DNA of 64,000 nt, taken from the IMG/VR virus record IMGVR_UViG_3300020183_000041, positions 1 to 64,000 of that record. The stretch is one strand, 5' to 3'. Both the position numbers and the translations under genes were made by a program. Positions 44,457 to 54,397 of this stretch are shown here, piece by piece; position 1 is the first letter of the stretch; each line of letters starts with the position of its first letter. The notes below the pieces were generated by a model, which searched no databases, was not told where the DNA came from, and was given only the letters and a program-made list of their open reading frames with translations. The stretch comes from a virus.

Positions 44457-44822
44457 TTATTTACTCCTTTTATCAAAGTGATCTTTTGTGCCATAAATTG
44501 TTTCTGTTGTCCCCTCTTCAAAAGTCCAAGAGTATTCGCAACACAATGGATAATCGTTTGCTCTATACGAAACAGAATGCCAACCTTTTTGATTAGCGTA
44601 CTTTGGAATCATTCTAATTAGCTTCAAAGAACAATCATGGCAAAGAGTAATTTTCTTTTGACAACTGTTCTCAATATCATCATGGAACAATCCATAACCA
44701 CCAATTAAATATACATCCAATCCTCTTTCTGGAGTTGGAGCATTGAATTCATCTACTTCATATTGTTTTTGACACATGTCGCATATTGTTATATTCATGC
44801 CCTTTTCCTTTTTCCTTCCCAC
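44457..44822 (-). CDS. Cys-rich hypothetical protein
   Basis: CDMC..GGYGLFHD..LCHDC. Confidence 0.6.
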   Translation of the reverse strand: MGRKKEKGMNITICDMCQKQYEVDEFNAPTPERGLDVYLIGGYGLFHDDIENSCQKKITLCHDCSLKLIRMIPKYANQKGWHSVSYRANDYPLCCEYSWTFEEGTTETIYGTKDHFDKRSK

Positions 44823-44825
44823 AGT

Positions 44826-45059
44826 TCAAAGTTCATTTATGACTTTAACAAAGTCATTTGCTTTTGACCAAAAAACTCTAACTTGAAGATTGTTATAGTG
44901 AGCAGATTTACGAATTGCTTTATTAACATCTTCTTTTTCTTCTTTAGAAGAAGCTGTTATTTCAATTTGCATACATTCACCAACTCGAATTGCAGATACT
45001 TTTCGATGAATGTATTTTTCTAAGTCTGTGCTAAATTCAACATACTTTTGCATCGTCAA
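44826..45059 (-). CDS. Small basic protein, possible distant relative of family A
   Basis: AIRKSAHYNNLQVRVFW resembles AISVAEGVNLKVQINW. Confidence 0.55.
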   Translation of the reverse strand: MTMQKYVEFSTDLEKYIHRKVSAIRVGECMQIEITASSKEEKEDVNKAIRKSAHYNNLQVRVFWSKANDFVKVINEL

Positions 45060-45071
45060 ATTTACCTTTCT

Positions 45072-45449
45072 TTATTGTGGATATTCATCATAGTCATTTT
45101 CAAGCTGAACACAAAGATAGTCTTTGTCAAGACAGTCTTGACAAAGATTTATTTCATGCTTTGGGCTTCGATAATTTGCAATTGCCATTTCTTTGTATGT
45201 CTTTGTTTGAAGACATTCATGACAAACGCATTCTTTGTTTGCAAGATTTTTTTTGAAATACCTTGCTCGTTGTTTTGCATTTTTGGAATTACGCTTACGC
45301 TCTGATTCAATTTTTTCAAGCATTTCAGAAATCAGTTGAGCTTTGAGTTTGGTTTTTTCAGCCCTTGTCAAGGTTTTAATGTATTCAACTCTGAGCCCTT
45401 TTGTTTTCATGAAGCTAATGATTTGATCTGAAGTGAATTTATTATTCAT
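45072..45449 (-). CDS. Basic Zn-finger protein
   Basis: CHEC..LCQDC. Confidence 0.55.
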   Translation of the reverse strand: MNNKFTSDQIISFMKTKGLRVEYIKTLTRAEKTKLKAQLISEMLEKIESERKRNSKNAKQRARYFKKNLANKECVCHECLQTKTYKEMAIANYRSPKHEINLCQDCLDKDYLCVQLENDYDEYPQ

Positions 45450-45769
45450 GATTGTTTCTCCACATTCTTTACTGCTCGGTACATCTCAACTGTTTTTTCA
45501 ATCAATTCGATTGCGCGATGATTGAAACCACCAATATGCCAATAATATTTGCCATACGGTGTCTCACACATTTTCCAATCGTAAATGGTTGCAATTGTCC
45601 CATCTTCAAATTGAACTACCCATTCGCAAGTTACTTTTTCAAAGGAATAATCTTGAGGGCCATAATTTGGTTTACCAAAAATTTCAACAATTTCATCAAA
45701 TGTTGATTGGACATAGCCTTGAAGACAAGTACCATTTGCTTTAATATTTTCTGCTGTATTAAATTTCAT
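45446..45769 (-). CDS. Conserved phage hypothetical protein
   Basis: GTCLQGYV..FGKP..KVTCEW..ATIYDWK..WHIGG. Confidence 0.7.
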   Translation of the reverse strand: MKFNTAENIKANGTCLQGYVQSTFDEIVEIFGKPNYGPQDYSFEKVTCEWVVQFEDGTIATIYDWKMCETPYGKYYWHIGGFNHRAIELIEKTVEMYRAVKNVEKQS

Positions 45770-46071
45770 TATTTTCTCCAGTTTTCAATGACATAGGCAT
45801 TAATTTTTTTATCAATAGTTTCACAATGAAATGGGTCATAAGGAGTTGAACGAATTTCATTTGCAAGTTTTGGATTAACTTGCCTAAGGACATTGAAATA
45901 AGTTTGCCCCTCTTTACATTTTGGATTTTCAAGTTTTGCTTGTTCAAATTTTGTCGCAAAAATTGAAAACTCAAAGAAAACATCGTACAAATCTTCAATT
46001 TCTTTTTCTGTCATGTGTACTTCTTTATTTCGAATTTTTCTTATAATTTTTTCAAAGTTATCATCATTCAT
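45769..46071 (-). CDS. Hypothetical protein
   Basis: GQTYFNVL..DPFH. Confidence 0.6.
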   Translation of the reverse strand: MNDDNFEKIIRKIRNKEVHMTEKEIEDLYDVFFEFSIFATKFEQAKLENPKCKEGQTYFNVLRQVNPKLANEIRSTPYDPFHCETIDKKINAYVIENWRK

Positions 46072-46080
46072 TTTTTTCCC

Positions 46081-46308
46081 CTAATCGTTTGTAATCAAGT
46101 CATTTCTGACATTGAGAGTTTTTAATTCATCTTTTTTAATCCAGAAATAGTTGCTCTTATGCAAAAGAGCGGGAGTATAGATTTTTCTAAACTCCCGCTC
46201 TGACTTATCAAGTCCTATTTTTTGACAGGTTTCTGATAAACAATACTCATAGCCTGCTTCTAATCGTTCATCAATGAATTCCGACGAACAATAAATACAA
46301 ATTGCCAT
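46081..46308 (-). CDS. Small Cys protein
   Basis: CIYC..ERLEAGYEYC..C..HKSNY. Confidence 0.6.
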   Translation of the reverse strand: MAICIYCSSEFIDERLEAGYEYCLSETCQKIGLDKSEREFRKIYTPALLHKSNYFWIKKDELKTLNVRNDLITND

Positions 46309-46479
46309 TTGAATTACCTCATTGCTTCCCTACGAATATCTTTGAGTTTATCTGGGTAACTATGCCATTCTTTTGCAGCATCAAAACCAACGCCTTCACC
46401 TGGATGATTATCTTTGATAATCTTTTCAAGAGCAATCATTTCTTTGATTTTCTCTTGTTCTTTTTTGCTCAGTATCATT

Positions 46480-46833
46480 TTATCCTTTCTGAATAAGCCA
46501 TTTACCCTCATCATTCTGAACAATTTGAATTGATGTATCAATTTGCAAATCAGCAAGCAACTGCAACTGATAATCAATCAGTTCTTTTCTTTTTTCACTA
46601 TCAAGTACAAGATAGAACTTCTCATTATCAAAATCAAAGAGAAAACCATCATTTAATGATTTACGAATTGCATTACGATTCCAACTCATAAGCAACTCTG
46701 TGCCTTTGTCATCACCCCAATAATTTCTTTCACTCAATGGAGTATCAAACAAACTCTTTGTCTTTTTCTTTGCTTTGCCACGCCGAATAAGTTTGTCTTG
46801 TATTTGAGCAAGGTTTACTTTTGTATTTTCCAT
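46480..46833 (-). CDS. Basic protein sharing the family A N-terminal motif
   Basis: MENTKVNLAQIQDKLIRRGK. Confidence 0.65.
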   Translation of the reverse strand: MENTKVNLAQIQDKLIRRGKAKKKTKSLFDTPLSERNYWGDDKGTELLMSWNRNAIRKSLNDGFLFDFDNEKFYLVLDSEKRKELIDYQLQLLADLQIDTSIQIVQNDEGKWLIQKG

Positions 46834-46834
46834 G

Positions 46835-47293
46835 TTACTCACCAGCCTTTTGATTTTCTTCAGGAAATTCATTACTTGAAGTCAAGTGACTTGTAATATT
46901 GATTACTTCATTACCAATTTTAGCAATGTTCATTGTATTTATACACTCACTTGCAATAGCACTAGCAGTATGTTTTCTGCGAGGACCAAATGAGGATTTA
47001 GAATAACGACTGCCATCTGGATAACCAACGGGCAATACTTTAACATTCTCATCATCATTTGAAATGACTTGTTCTGTAAGGTTTGCTAGACTCAATGCAT
47101 TAAGGATAATACCAGCATTGAATGTATAACCAAGGTTTGTGTAAACCTGATACCATTCGCAACCATTATCTAGCATTGCATCTACACGAATGACAATACC
47201 ATACTCATTATCATCGTCAGAAATGTCAATACCAATAAGTTTGTCACAAATGACATTATACTTGGACTTTGAGTTTGCATTACGATTACTCAT
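46835..47293 (-). CDS. Hypothetical protein, first gene of the leftward block
   Basis: 152 aa downstream of a strong promoter. Confidence 0.6.
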   Translation of the reverse strand: MSNRNANSKSKYNVICDKLIGIDISDDDNEYGIVIRVDAMLDNGCEWYQVYTNLGYTFNAGIILNALSLANLTEQVISNDDENVKVLPVGYPDGSRYSKSSFGPRRKHTASAIASECINTMNIAKIGNEVINITSHLTSSNEFPEENQKAGE

Positions 47294-47376
47294 AGAACCC
47301 CCGTTCTAAATGATTTATCTATGGATTTGCAAAACATTATCATTTGGGTATCAAATGATACCCCAACGACCCCAAA

Positions 47377-47405
47377 ATAGTATCACAGTCGGGTTCCAAA
47401 GTCAA
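47377..47405 (-). promoter_or_regulatory. SigA-type promoter for the long leftward block
   Basis: TTGACT-N17-TACTAT with TG extension; predicted transcript opens with a GTCG.. hairpin. Confidence 0.75.
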
Positions 47406-47675
47406 GCCAAATTGAAACAAACCAGAAATTTTTTTTACCCTGCAGGAAACTCTGCATTATTTATTAGTGAGAATATTAACGAGCTAATAAATGATTTGGT
47501 GGAGCTTCATGATCGCTCAAATAAAAGATTGCCAAAGAGCTTGATAATCGGTTGATAAATGATTAAATAAATAATTTACGGGGCCCTATTTGAATTAGAT
47601 TTATCTTAATTTTTAGTATGCAGTTCACAAGCCATACACACTTTTTATGTAAACCTGATTTCCAAACACATTTCA

Positions 47676-48545
47676 CTATTTCTTTCGTTTATTTTTTTTC
47701 TTCGGAAAAGAAGGCGCAGGCTTGTCTACATTACCTTTTATTACATTGTCTTCAAGAAATGTAAGCATTGTTGCTTTATATTTCATCCTGCCAATATGAG
47801 TCATTTCTATTGATGGATCAACCCATACTTTACCACCGATTTCTTGCCAGTATCTACAAAATCCATAATCTTCAGAAAGAAAACGATTCTTCACAGGTTC
47901 AACATAAGAATTGAAAAAAGCATAAGACCAGTTTTTTTCTTCTTCTGTAAGCGAACCAGTATCGTCACTATACTTGAGTTCTGGATACTTCTCAATCATC
48001 TTTTCAAAAACCGATCTTTTAATAAGCATAAAACCAGTTCCTGCATCATAAATCTCTATAGCACCATTATCAACATTTAAATTAAGATTCTCTACGCCTG
48101 CAACCGGATTAACAACAAATCTCAAACTTCTTTCTAGCAATTTATCTGCCGGAATACCGCGTTTAACATTTGCTTCAACACGATTCCAAAGGACATCTTT
48201 TATTGGATACGAGCCAGTCATTATCTCTTTATTATGCCATAAAAGTTTTAAAATATCTTCTGGTGAGAAACCTAAATCAACATCAATAAACATGATATGA
48301 GTAAACTCTGGGTTAGCCAGAAATTTGGCAACTATGTTGTTTCTAGCTCTATTTATAAGAGAATCAGAAATTGTTGCAACAGAAAAAGTCAAGCCAATTT
48401 CTTTGAACATCATTGCTGTTCTCATCATTGACATAAAAGTAGGTTCTGTAATTAGTTGATCATAACATGGCATTGCAATCATTGGATGCCATGATTTGAT
48501 TTGTTCATTTGTAATTTCAATTTCTTTTTGTTCAAAAATTGTCAT
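47676..48545 (-). CDS. Glycosyltransferase-like protein (GT-A fold)
   Basis: AMPCY, SLINRARN, MFIDVD, AGTGFMLIKR, LSEDYGFC, HIG. Confidence 0.75.
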   Translation of the reverse strand: MTIFEQKEIEITNEQIKSWHPMIAMPCYDQLITEPTFMSMMRTAMMFKEIGLTFSVATISDSLINRARNNIVAKFLANPEFTHIMFIDVDLGFSPEDILKLLWHNKEIMTGSYPIKDVLWNRVEANVKRGIPADKLLERSLRFVVNPVAGVENLNLNVDNGAIEIYDAGTGFMLIKRSVFEKMIEKYPELKYSDDTGSLTEEEKNWSYAFFNSYVEPVKNRFLSEDYGFCRYWQEIGGKVWVDPSIEMTHIGRMKYKATMLTFLEDNVIKGNVDKPAPSFPKKKNKRKK

Positions 48546-48562
48546 ACCGTGATTATACACAA

Positions 48563-48596
48563 AAAAAAGGCCCTGCATTGCTGCAGGGCCTTTTTT
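48563..48596. terminator. Bidirectional intrinsic terminator
   Basis: A-tract GGCCCTGCA-TTGC-TGCAGGGCC T-tract. Confidence 0.8.
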
Positions 48597-48609
48597 GTTT
48601 ACTTCTTTG

Positions 48610-48954
48610 TCAGGCTTTTGTCTTGACGTTTGTCTTGACGGACTTTATATCCTTTGCAGTAACTGCAACATCTGCCTTCTTGTTTCCGTTAGTCTGGACT
48701 TTGAAAAACAAAGAATTAGTCTTGCGGTCAAAGTGAATAGTAACCTTAAGATTAAGCTTCTTTGCTTGAGCACGAATTCTCTGCTGGAGAGAGTTGAACT
48801 TTTTGCCTTCTTGAACATTTTCAATTTGAAATGCTTCTCCATTTTTTGAAGATGCAGTCAAAGAGTCAATAATCATCTGCAATTCTGCACTGGTTCTACC
48901 AGTACGGGTAATTTCAGGAAAAGTATCAACTTTTTTGATGCTCATTGTGGACAT
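48610..48954 (-). CDS. Small basic, putative nucleic-acid-binding protein
   Basis: Own promoter and terminator; LQQRIRAQAKKLNLKVTIHF resembles the family A C-terminus. Confidence 0.65.
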   Translation of the reverse strand: MSTMSIKKVDTFPEITRTGRTSAELQMIIDSLTASSKNGEAFQIENVQEGKKFNSLQQRIRAQAKKLNLKVTIHFDRKTNSLFFKVQTNGNKKADVAVTAKDIKSVKTNVKTKA

Positions 48955-49029
48955 TTTTGGCTCCTTTATCTTTTATGTTTTGGTTTATATTTTTGTTAAT
49001 TGTGGGTAGAGACACCCTTGCAGTTACTA

Positions 49030-49057
49030 ACCCTAGCACCTACGTTCGCAGATGCAA
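49030..49057 (-). promoter_or_regulatory. Promoter TTGCAT-N16-TAGGGT
   Basis: Same class as cassette promoters, with TG extension. Confidence 0.6.
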
Positions 49058-49086
49058 GTCGAACAGCAAAATTATTTAAAAAATTA

Positions 49087-49302
49087 TTATTCTTCTAATG
49101 TATCTATTGAAGATTCTTTTGAATACTGAACAAAATCTCTTAGCTTATTAAAAGAAATCTTAAGTGCAATATTTTCCATCATTAATCTAGAGTTAAGCAG
49201 CAACAATTCGTTTATGATTTCGTCTGCTGTCGGTGACAAATCTTCTGTTTTATTTTTATTATCTGTTTTATTGTTATTAGCCATCATAGCGATTCTAACC
49301 AT
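49087..49302 (-). CDS. Small coiled-coil protein
   Basis: Downstream of terminase. Confidence 0.5.
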   Translation of the reverse strand: MVRIAMMANNNKTDNKNKTEDLSPTADEIINELLLLNSRLMMENIALKISFNKLRDFVQYSKESSIDTLEE

Positions 49303-51023
49303 CTTTCTATATCGTTTGCTCCCACTTGCTTTTTGCTGTAGGCAGGGGTCATGTGTTTGACAGAACCATTATACAGGTTGACATTGCCGAATTCTGGTAT
49401 ATCTTCATCAAATTCATAGTCAAAATCTGAACCAAGGATTTCTATTGTAACTTCTGATTCAACTCCAATATTTTGAATACAATTGTAAGTGGCACCAGCA
49501 AGAGAGTCGGCTAAATCTTTTGAACCAGAATTCGGGTGATCGATTTTATTATTAGAAAATAATCTAAGTTTGAGCAGTTCTTCTTCAACAAGAAGTTCAC
49601 TCCAATAACCCCTAAGTCTTGTATCATAAATTGATGTCATTAATGTGTCATAATCTGTTTTTTTAACGCTATGGAAGTCGGCATTGATGCCTTGTGCTCT
49701 TAAACTTTGTATCATTTCAATTGACTGCCATCTATCAAATGTTACTAATCCAACATCGAATTTACGGCACAAATCAACAATCATTTGTCTTACAGAAGCA
49801 AAATTAATTTCTTCACCTGGTTTAGCTTCCCAAGAATAAATTAAATCAACATTTACAACAGGAAGATTTTCTACACCCATTGATGTTTTAACTTCTTTTA
49901 GTCCTGAACAATGAACCATACATAGAGCAGATCTATCTCTTTTAAATCCAAGATCTATATGTATGAAACGAGTATGAGCATCTTTGTTATTAAACCACTT
50001 TTTAAAATTGCCCTCCTCGTCTATTGGGTCTTCTCCATAAACAAAAGCTTTTCTCACAAGATCCGCATCTCTAAAATATGCGTCTTCCATATTTGGTGGT
50101 TCACATTCAAATCTTGCTTTTGCTTCAATTGGATTTCTTATGTATTCAGATTCTAATTGTTCTCTCTCAATTGTTGGATTCACTTCCCAAGTGGCAGCTT
50201 TTATAAACCAGGTTTTTGGTTCGTTCTTGTCTTTTGCACCAAAATATCTTTGCTGAATAAAATCACCTTTGTATCGCGGGAAAGAGAGCAAAATAACTTT
50301 GCCCACTTCTGGGAACCTTGACATTACAGATAATTTACTCATATTATAAATAGCAGAAGCGGAGCCTTTAGATCTTGTATCTCCTCTTACTTCGGCATCT
50401 GTTTTGAATGCTGATATCTCATCCAAAATAATTGACATAACTTCATAACCTTCCCATCCTTCACTTTCTGAGTGACCTGAGAAACAACGTACTGGTCTAG
50501 AGAAAAAGAATATTTCAGAAACACGTGGTTCAAAGCCAACCGAATTGAAATATGGTGAAGAAAGTAGTAGATTCTTCAACGGCTCAAAGAACACTCTTTG
50601 AGCTTGCTGTGCGTTTACAGCAAGATTTAACAAATCAATATAAACACCTTTAGCTTTACCAAAATAATTTAAAGGATCTCTAAGACAATGAAGTTGATAG
50701 GCAGTATACGCAATAGATATTCTGGCACAGTGGTCTTTGCCAGAACCTTTACCTAACATGCAAATTACTTCATTGTCTGTATATTCTTTATAATATTCAA
50801 ACCCCTTTTTTTCTCCCATTATTTTGGCCAGAGTAGGTGCTTTAAATATTTGAGTGCTGTGACGGACAATCTCTAATTGAATTGGCGATAGTGGAGGTAA
50901 ACCTAAATATTTTTTATCTGTTACAAATATTTCAATTGGAACAGGTTCTTCAACTAATTCATCTTGTTTTAACAATTTATCAAAATCATCAAAATTTAAA
51001 TTTATACCAAGATAATCAGGCAT
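49284..51023 (-). CDS. terL: Terminase large subunit
   Basis: Walker A GKGSGKD, Walker B IILDE, HIDLG, TFDRWQS, KIDHPNSGSKDLADS. Confidence 0.9.
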   Translation of the reverse strand: MPDYLGINLNFDDFDKLLKQDELVEEPVPIEIFVTDKKYLGLPPLSPIQLEIVRHSTQIFKAPTLAKIMGEKKGFEYYKEYTDNEVICMLGKGSGKDHCARISIAYTAYQLHCLRDPLNYFGKAKGVYIDLLNLAVNAQQAQRVFFEPLKNLLLSSPYFNSVGFEPRVSEIFFFSRPVRCFSGHSESEGWEGYEVMSIILDEISAFKTDAEVRGDTRSKGSASAIYNMSKLSVMSRFPEVGKVILLSFPRYKGDFIQQRYFGAKDKNEPKTWFIKAATWEVNPTIEREQLESEYIRNPIEAKARFECEPPNMEDAYFRDADLVRKAFVYGEDPIDEEGNFKKWFNNKDAHTRFIHIDLGFKRDRSALCMVHCSGLKEVKTSMGVENLPVVNVDLIYSWEAKPGEEINFASVRQMIVDLCRKFDVGLVTFDRWQSIEMIQSLRAQGINADFHSVKKTDYDTLMTSIYDTRLRGYWSELLVEEELLKLRLFSNNKIDHPNSGSKDLADSLAGATYNCIQNIGVESEVTIEILGSDFDYEFDEDIPEFGNVNLYNGSVKHMTPAYSKKQVGANDIERWLESL

Positions 51024-51062
51024 TGCAATAGTTATCCTTAAAAATATAACATGTAAAGGCCT

Positions 51063-51120
51063 TTTTTGACTTCACAAATCCTAGGTAAAGACCGTTTTTG
51101 ACTTCACAAATCCTAGGTAA
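51063..51120. repeat. Perfect 26-bp direct repeat x2 (period 32)
   Basis: TTTTTGACTTCACAAATCCTAGGTAA at 51063 and 51095. Confidence 0.9.
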
Positions 51121-51142
51121 TGGCAAAAAAATAGGTCTCAAA

Positions 51143-51724
51143 TTATGAATCATCATCGACCTCATCTACATCAATTGGTTCTTGTTCATCCATTATTTCA
51201 AATGCAATTGCCAATTCTTTACGAACTTCTTCTGCAACTTCTGGGAATTTAGAAATAACATCACGCAAAACCCTTGAAAGCACTTGATTAACATTTTCAG
51301 CCTTTTGCATCCGACCAATGTATTCAGCATCGGAGTTATTTCCTCCCATTAATTTATGCAATTGGGCTTTTTTTGTAGCAAGTTCTCCAGCAAGTTTAAT
51401 TGCTTGAATTCTTGCAGCAACCATTCCGTGGTCAGTTGCAATGTTAATTGTTTCCCAAGCCTCTTTGCTCAATTCATCAAATTCTTTAAGAGCTTTAATT
51501 GTATTAAACTGTATTCTTTCAAGAAAATAAGGGTCTTCTTCTGCTTGCCTGCTAATTATTTTTTTATATTCTTCAATATGTTCTTTGACAGCATCAACAT
51601 TGATTGACATTAAAGAAGCAATTTCATGCAACGAATATCCTTTGACATGCATTAGGCCAACATCTTCAACATCTTTTATTTTTTCAATTAAATTTTTACT
51701 TTTTACTTTTTCAATATCTGACAT
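51143..51724 (-). CDS. Putative terminase small subunit (N-terminal HTH)
   Basis: KGYSLHEIASLM, helical, directly upstream of terL. Confidence 0.55.
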   Translation of the reverse strand: MSDIEKVKSKNLIEKIKDVEDVGLMHVKGYSLHEIASLMSINVDAVKEHIEEYKKIISRQAEEDPYFLERIQFNTIKALKEFDELSKEAWETINIATDHGMVAARIQAIKLAGELATKKAQLHKLMGGNNSDAEYIGRMQKAENVNQVLSRVLRDVISKFPEVAEEVRKELAIAFEIMDEQEPIDVDEVDDDS

Positions 51725-52770
51725 ATTCTGTCGTAATATTCCTTTGTTATGTTTTCCCAAGACCATTGATCAAAATAAGAAATAGCATTGTCATATGTAA
51801 ATTTAGAGATTTTATCGTAATTATTAATTACATACAACATTTTATCACACAAATCATCGAAATTTGGCAAAGCCCATTGCCCACAACCAGCATATATGCC
51901 TGACATTTTATTTGTGCCCCATGAATAATCTAAAGGAATTGATAAATGTGCATATTCAGTACAGGAAGTAGCGTTTGTACAAATTGTAGGAATGCCTTTA
52001 GCAATCGCTTGAAAAGGCAACATACCCCAACCCTCACCGCTAGTTGGATAAATCAAACAGTCTGCTTTGTCGTATATTTCAGCCAATTCTTTAATTGAAA
52101 CATCTTTTTCAATAACTTCAATATTTGGATGATTGTATATTGAAACCATTTGCCCAGAAGAGTCGTAAAGACGAGCGTCGGGAGCATCTATGCTTTTATA
52201 GATTAATTTATACCGATCATCTTGACCAAAAAGTTTTACAAATGCATTTACCGCAATCTGGCTATTCTTTCGTGTTGATGGAGAGCCTATGCTAAGAAAA
52301 GTAAATTGATAGTTTTTTAATTTTCTTAAAACTGGAAAAAAGAATTCAGAATGAACTCCTAATTTAAAATTGTAAACATCTTTGTTAACACCAGAGTCTA
52401 TAAAAACATCTTGGGCCCATTTAGATGTAGTCCAAATTTCATCCATTTGATTCATTCTTTCAACCCACTCCTCTGGAAGGCGGGTCGTTTCCCAATAAGT
52501 AAAACCAACATTATGGTTGGCTCCACTTGCATAATCAAGCGGAAGTTTGTTATTTATTAATAAATCACAAGATGTATCTAAATTATTTTGTGATTCGTAC
52601 AGTAAATTTATGCGATTATCTAAACAATGCTGAATGCTTGGTGGTATTGCACAGTTTCGTTCAATATTTAAACCAAGAGATATAAGATTTTTATAAATTT
52701 CGTCTGTTGAAACTTTATATCCTTCATTGCGAGTTTGTGTAGCGCTTATACTATTCCATATAATTTTCAT
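51703..52770 (-). CDS. Glycosyltransferase (GT4-like), paralog of 9690-10703
   Basis: FTYWETT, RKN, YPTSGEGWGMLPFQAIAKGIP. Confidence 0.85.
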   Translation of the reverse strand: MKIIWNSISATQTRNEGYKVSTDEIYKNLISLGLNIERNCAIPPSIQHCLDNRINLLYESQNNLDTSCDLLINNKLPLDYASGANHNVGFTYWETTRLPEEWVERMNQMDEIWTTSKWAQDVFIDSGVNKDVYNFKLGVHSEFFFPVLRKLKNYQFTFLSIGSPSTRKNSQIAVNAFVKLFGQDDRYKLIYKSIDAPDARLYDSSGQMVSIYNHPNIEVIEKDVSIKELAEIYDKADCLIYPTSGEGWGMLPFQAIAKGIPTICTNATSCTEYAHLSIPLDYSWGTNKMSGIYAGCGQWALPNFDDLCDKMLYVINNYDKISKFTYDNAISYFDQWSWENITKEYYDRICQILKK

Positions 52771-52772
52771 TA

Positions 52773-53528
52773 TTATTCTTTTGGATCAAATGCTAGGACT
52801 TTACCGCCCTCGCCAGCAGCTTTTTCTAGTTCTTCAATTGAATACCCATGTTGTTTAGTAAATTCAACACGATAATTAAACCATCCAGACGTTCCAACCC
52901 AAAATTTTGGATCAGTATCTTTTGCCAATTTTTCCAATTCCTCCGATTCTAGAAGAAAACTAAGAACGCCAAGAGGCATGTAGAGCGTCATATCATAATT
53001 TTCATGTTTATCTTTTGCATAATTACGAATTATATCCTGGAATTCTTTAACTATTTTTTGGACAGGCTGGCCAGAATAAAAATCAATATTGCCATAAGCA
53101 TTTCTTTCTCTTGGGCAATAATTATCAACTGGAGTTACTGTGCCAAAAGAGCGACATACAAACGGCCTAAAGCCATATATGCTACACCCACCTTTATAAA
53201 AAGCACAATATCTTTTAGATTCACCACCAGGCTTCCATGTGTCATCATACATAGCTTCTTTCAAGGAAGTAACAACATCATCCATCCACTGGTTTGCATA
53301 CTCTTCGTTTTTATCTTCTACATAAAGATAATATTGCTGAGTGAGTCTAAAAGCTATGTTTGCACATTCAAACATAGGTATAACTAAACCAATATGACAG
53401 CATTCGCCAGAACCAAGGCACTTGTATTTTGTTTGATTTTGTTTAGCCTCAATAATCCTGATTTGATTATAAATCATATCAAGCCGTGTAAAATTTACAA
53501 TATCATTAGCAGTAACGCTTCTTTTCAT
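52773..53528 (-). CDS. YkgJ-like Cys-cluster protein
   Basis: CLGSGECC, CAFY..CSIY..RPFVCR. Confidence 0.75.
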   Translation of the reverse strand: MKRSVTANDIVNFTRLDMIYNQIRIIEAKQNQTKYKCLGSGECCHIGLVIPMFECANIAFRLTQQYYLYVEDKNEEYANQWMDDVVTSLKEAMYDDTWKPGGESKRYCAFYKGGCSIYGFRPFVCRSFGTVTPVDNYCPRERNAYGNIDFYSGQPVQKIVKEFQDIIRNYAKDKHENYDMTLYMPLGVLSFLLESEELEKLAKDTDPKFWVGTSGWFNYRVEFTKQHGYSIEELEKAAGEGGKVLAFDPKE

Positions 53529-53824
53529 TTCCAGTTCCCAAAACCTTTTTTTCTTACTCTATTGAGTTTTCTTTGTTCTCTTCTTTTCTTTTCAACTTCT
53601 TGTTGCATTGGTGATTTAGGCTTTCTTAAGGAAGTTGAAGAAAGATTTCTTCCTTTTCCTCTGTATTTAAGTAAATCATATTTTTTACACCAGTTATATA
53701 CAGCTTGTGGAGTAACTTCAATATTATAAGTCTGTTTTAGAAGTTTACAAATATCTGTAAGATTCATTCTTTTCTGAACGTAGTGTTCGTATAACCATGA
53801 TTTATCTTTATAAACATCAGCCAT
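53525..53824 (-). CDS. Small HTH-like basic protein
   Basis: YKDKSWLYEHY..NLTDICK..TPQAVYNW. Confidence 0.6.
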   Translation of the reverse strand: MADVYKDKSWLYEHYVQKRMNLTDICKLLKQTYNIEVTPQAVYNWCKKYDLLKYRGKGRNLSSTSLRKPKSPMQQEVEKKRREQRKLNRVRKKGFGNWK

Positions 53825-54395
53825 TTTGTGTTTTCCAATACCAGATTGCTATACCTACTGCGTCAACAATATCGTCATCACCAAAGTCCAACTCATCCGT
53901 GTTAAAGTATTCTTCAATTATAACACGAACTCTTCTTTTTCTTTCTTCTTTTTTTTTCAATTCAATATTTTTTTTACGACCATCATTAGATAAAATTTCT
54001 TTATCTTTTGTTGTTAGGTTTTTATAACCAACACCACTTCTCCAAACTAGAGGACTAACATCAAAAACGCGCTTGCAAGAAAGAGAAGTAATACCCCAAG
54101 TGTAGCCAATAATATAAGAAAGAAGCCTGCTGGTTTGAAAATTTTGAATATAAACTGATTGCTCTATAATACAAACATCTGGATTATATAATTTACAAAT
54201 ACCGGAAATACCTATTTTTATTTGAGAAAATTTTTCTTCAATTGAAGCACTTTTTAAAAAAGAAATTTTATCAGATTTAATCAATCTGATTTTTTCCCCG
54301 TCGCGTTCTGTAATGCACCAAGCAAGAGAGTGTGAAGCTGGATCAACGGAAAGAATACGATTAACTTTGTCTTTTTTTAAATAACCCAAGGCCAT
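53817..54395 (-). CDS. RuvC-like Holliday junction resolvase
   Basis: ILSVDP, IIEQ, DDIVDAVGIA. Confidence 0.8.
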   Translation of the reverse strand: MALGYLKKDKVNRILSVDPASHSLAWCITERDGEKIRLIKSDKISFLKSASIEEKFSQIKIGISGICKLYNPDVCIIEQSVYIQNFQTSRLLSYIIGYTWGITSLSCKRVFDVSPLVWRSGVGYKNLTTKDKEILSNDGRKKNIELKKKEERKRRVRVIIEEYFNTDELDFGDDDIVDAVGIAIWYWKTQNG

Positions 54396-54397
54396 AC

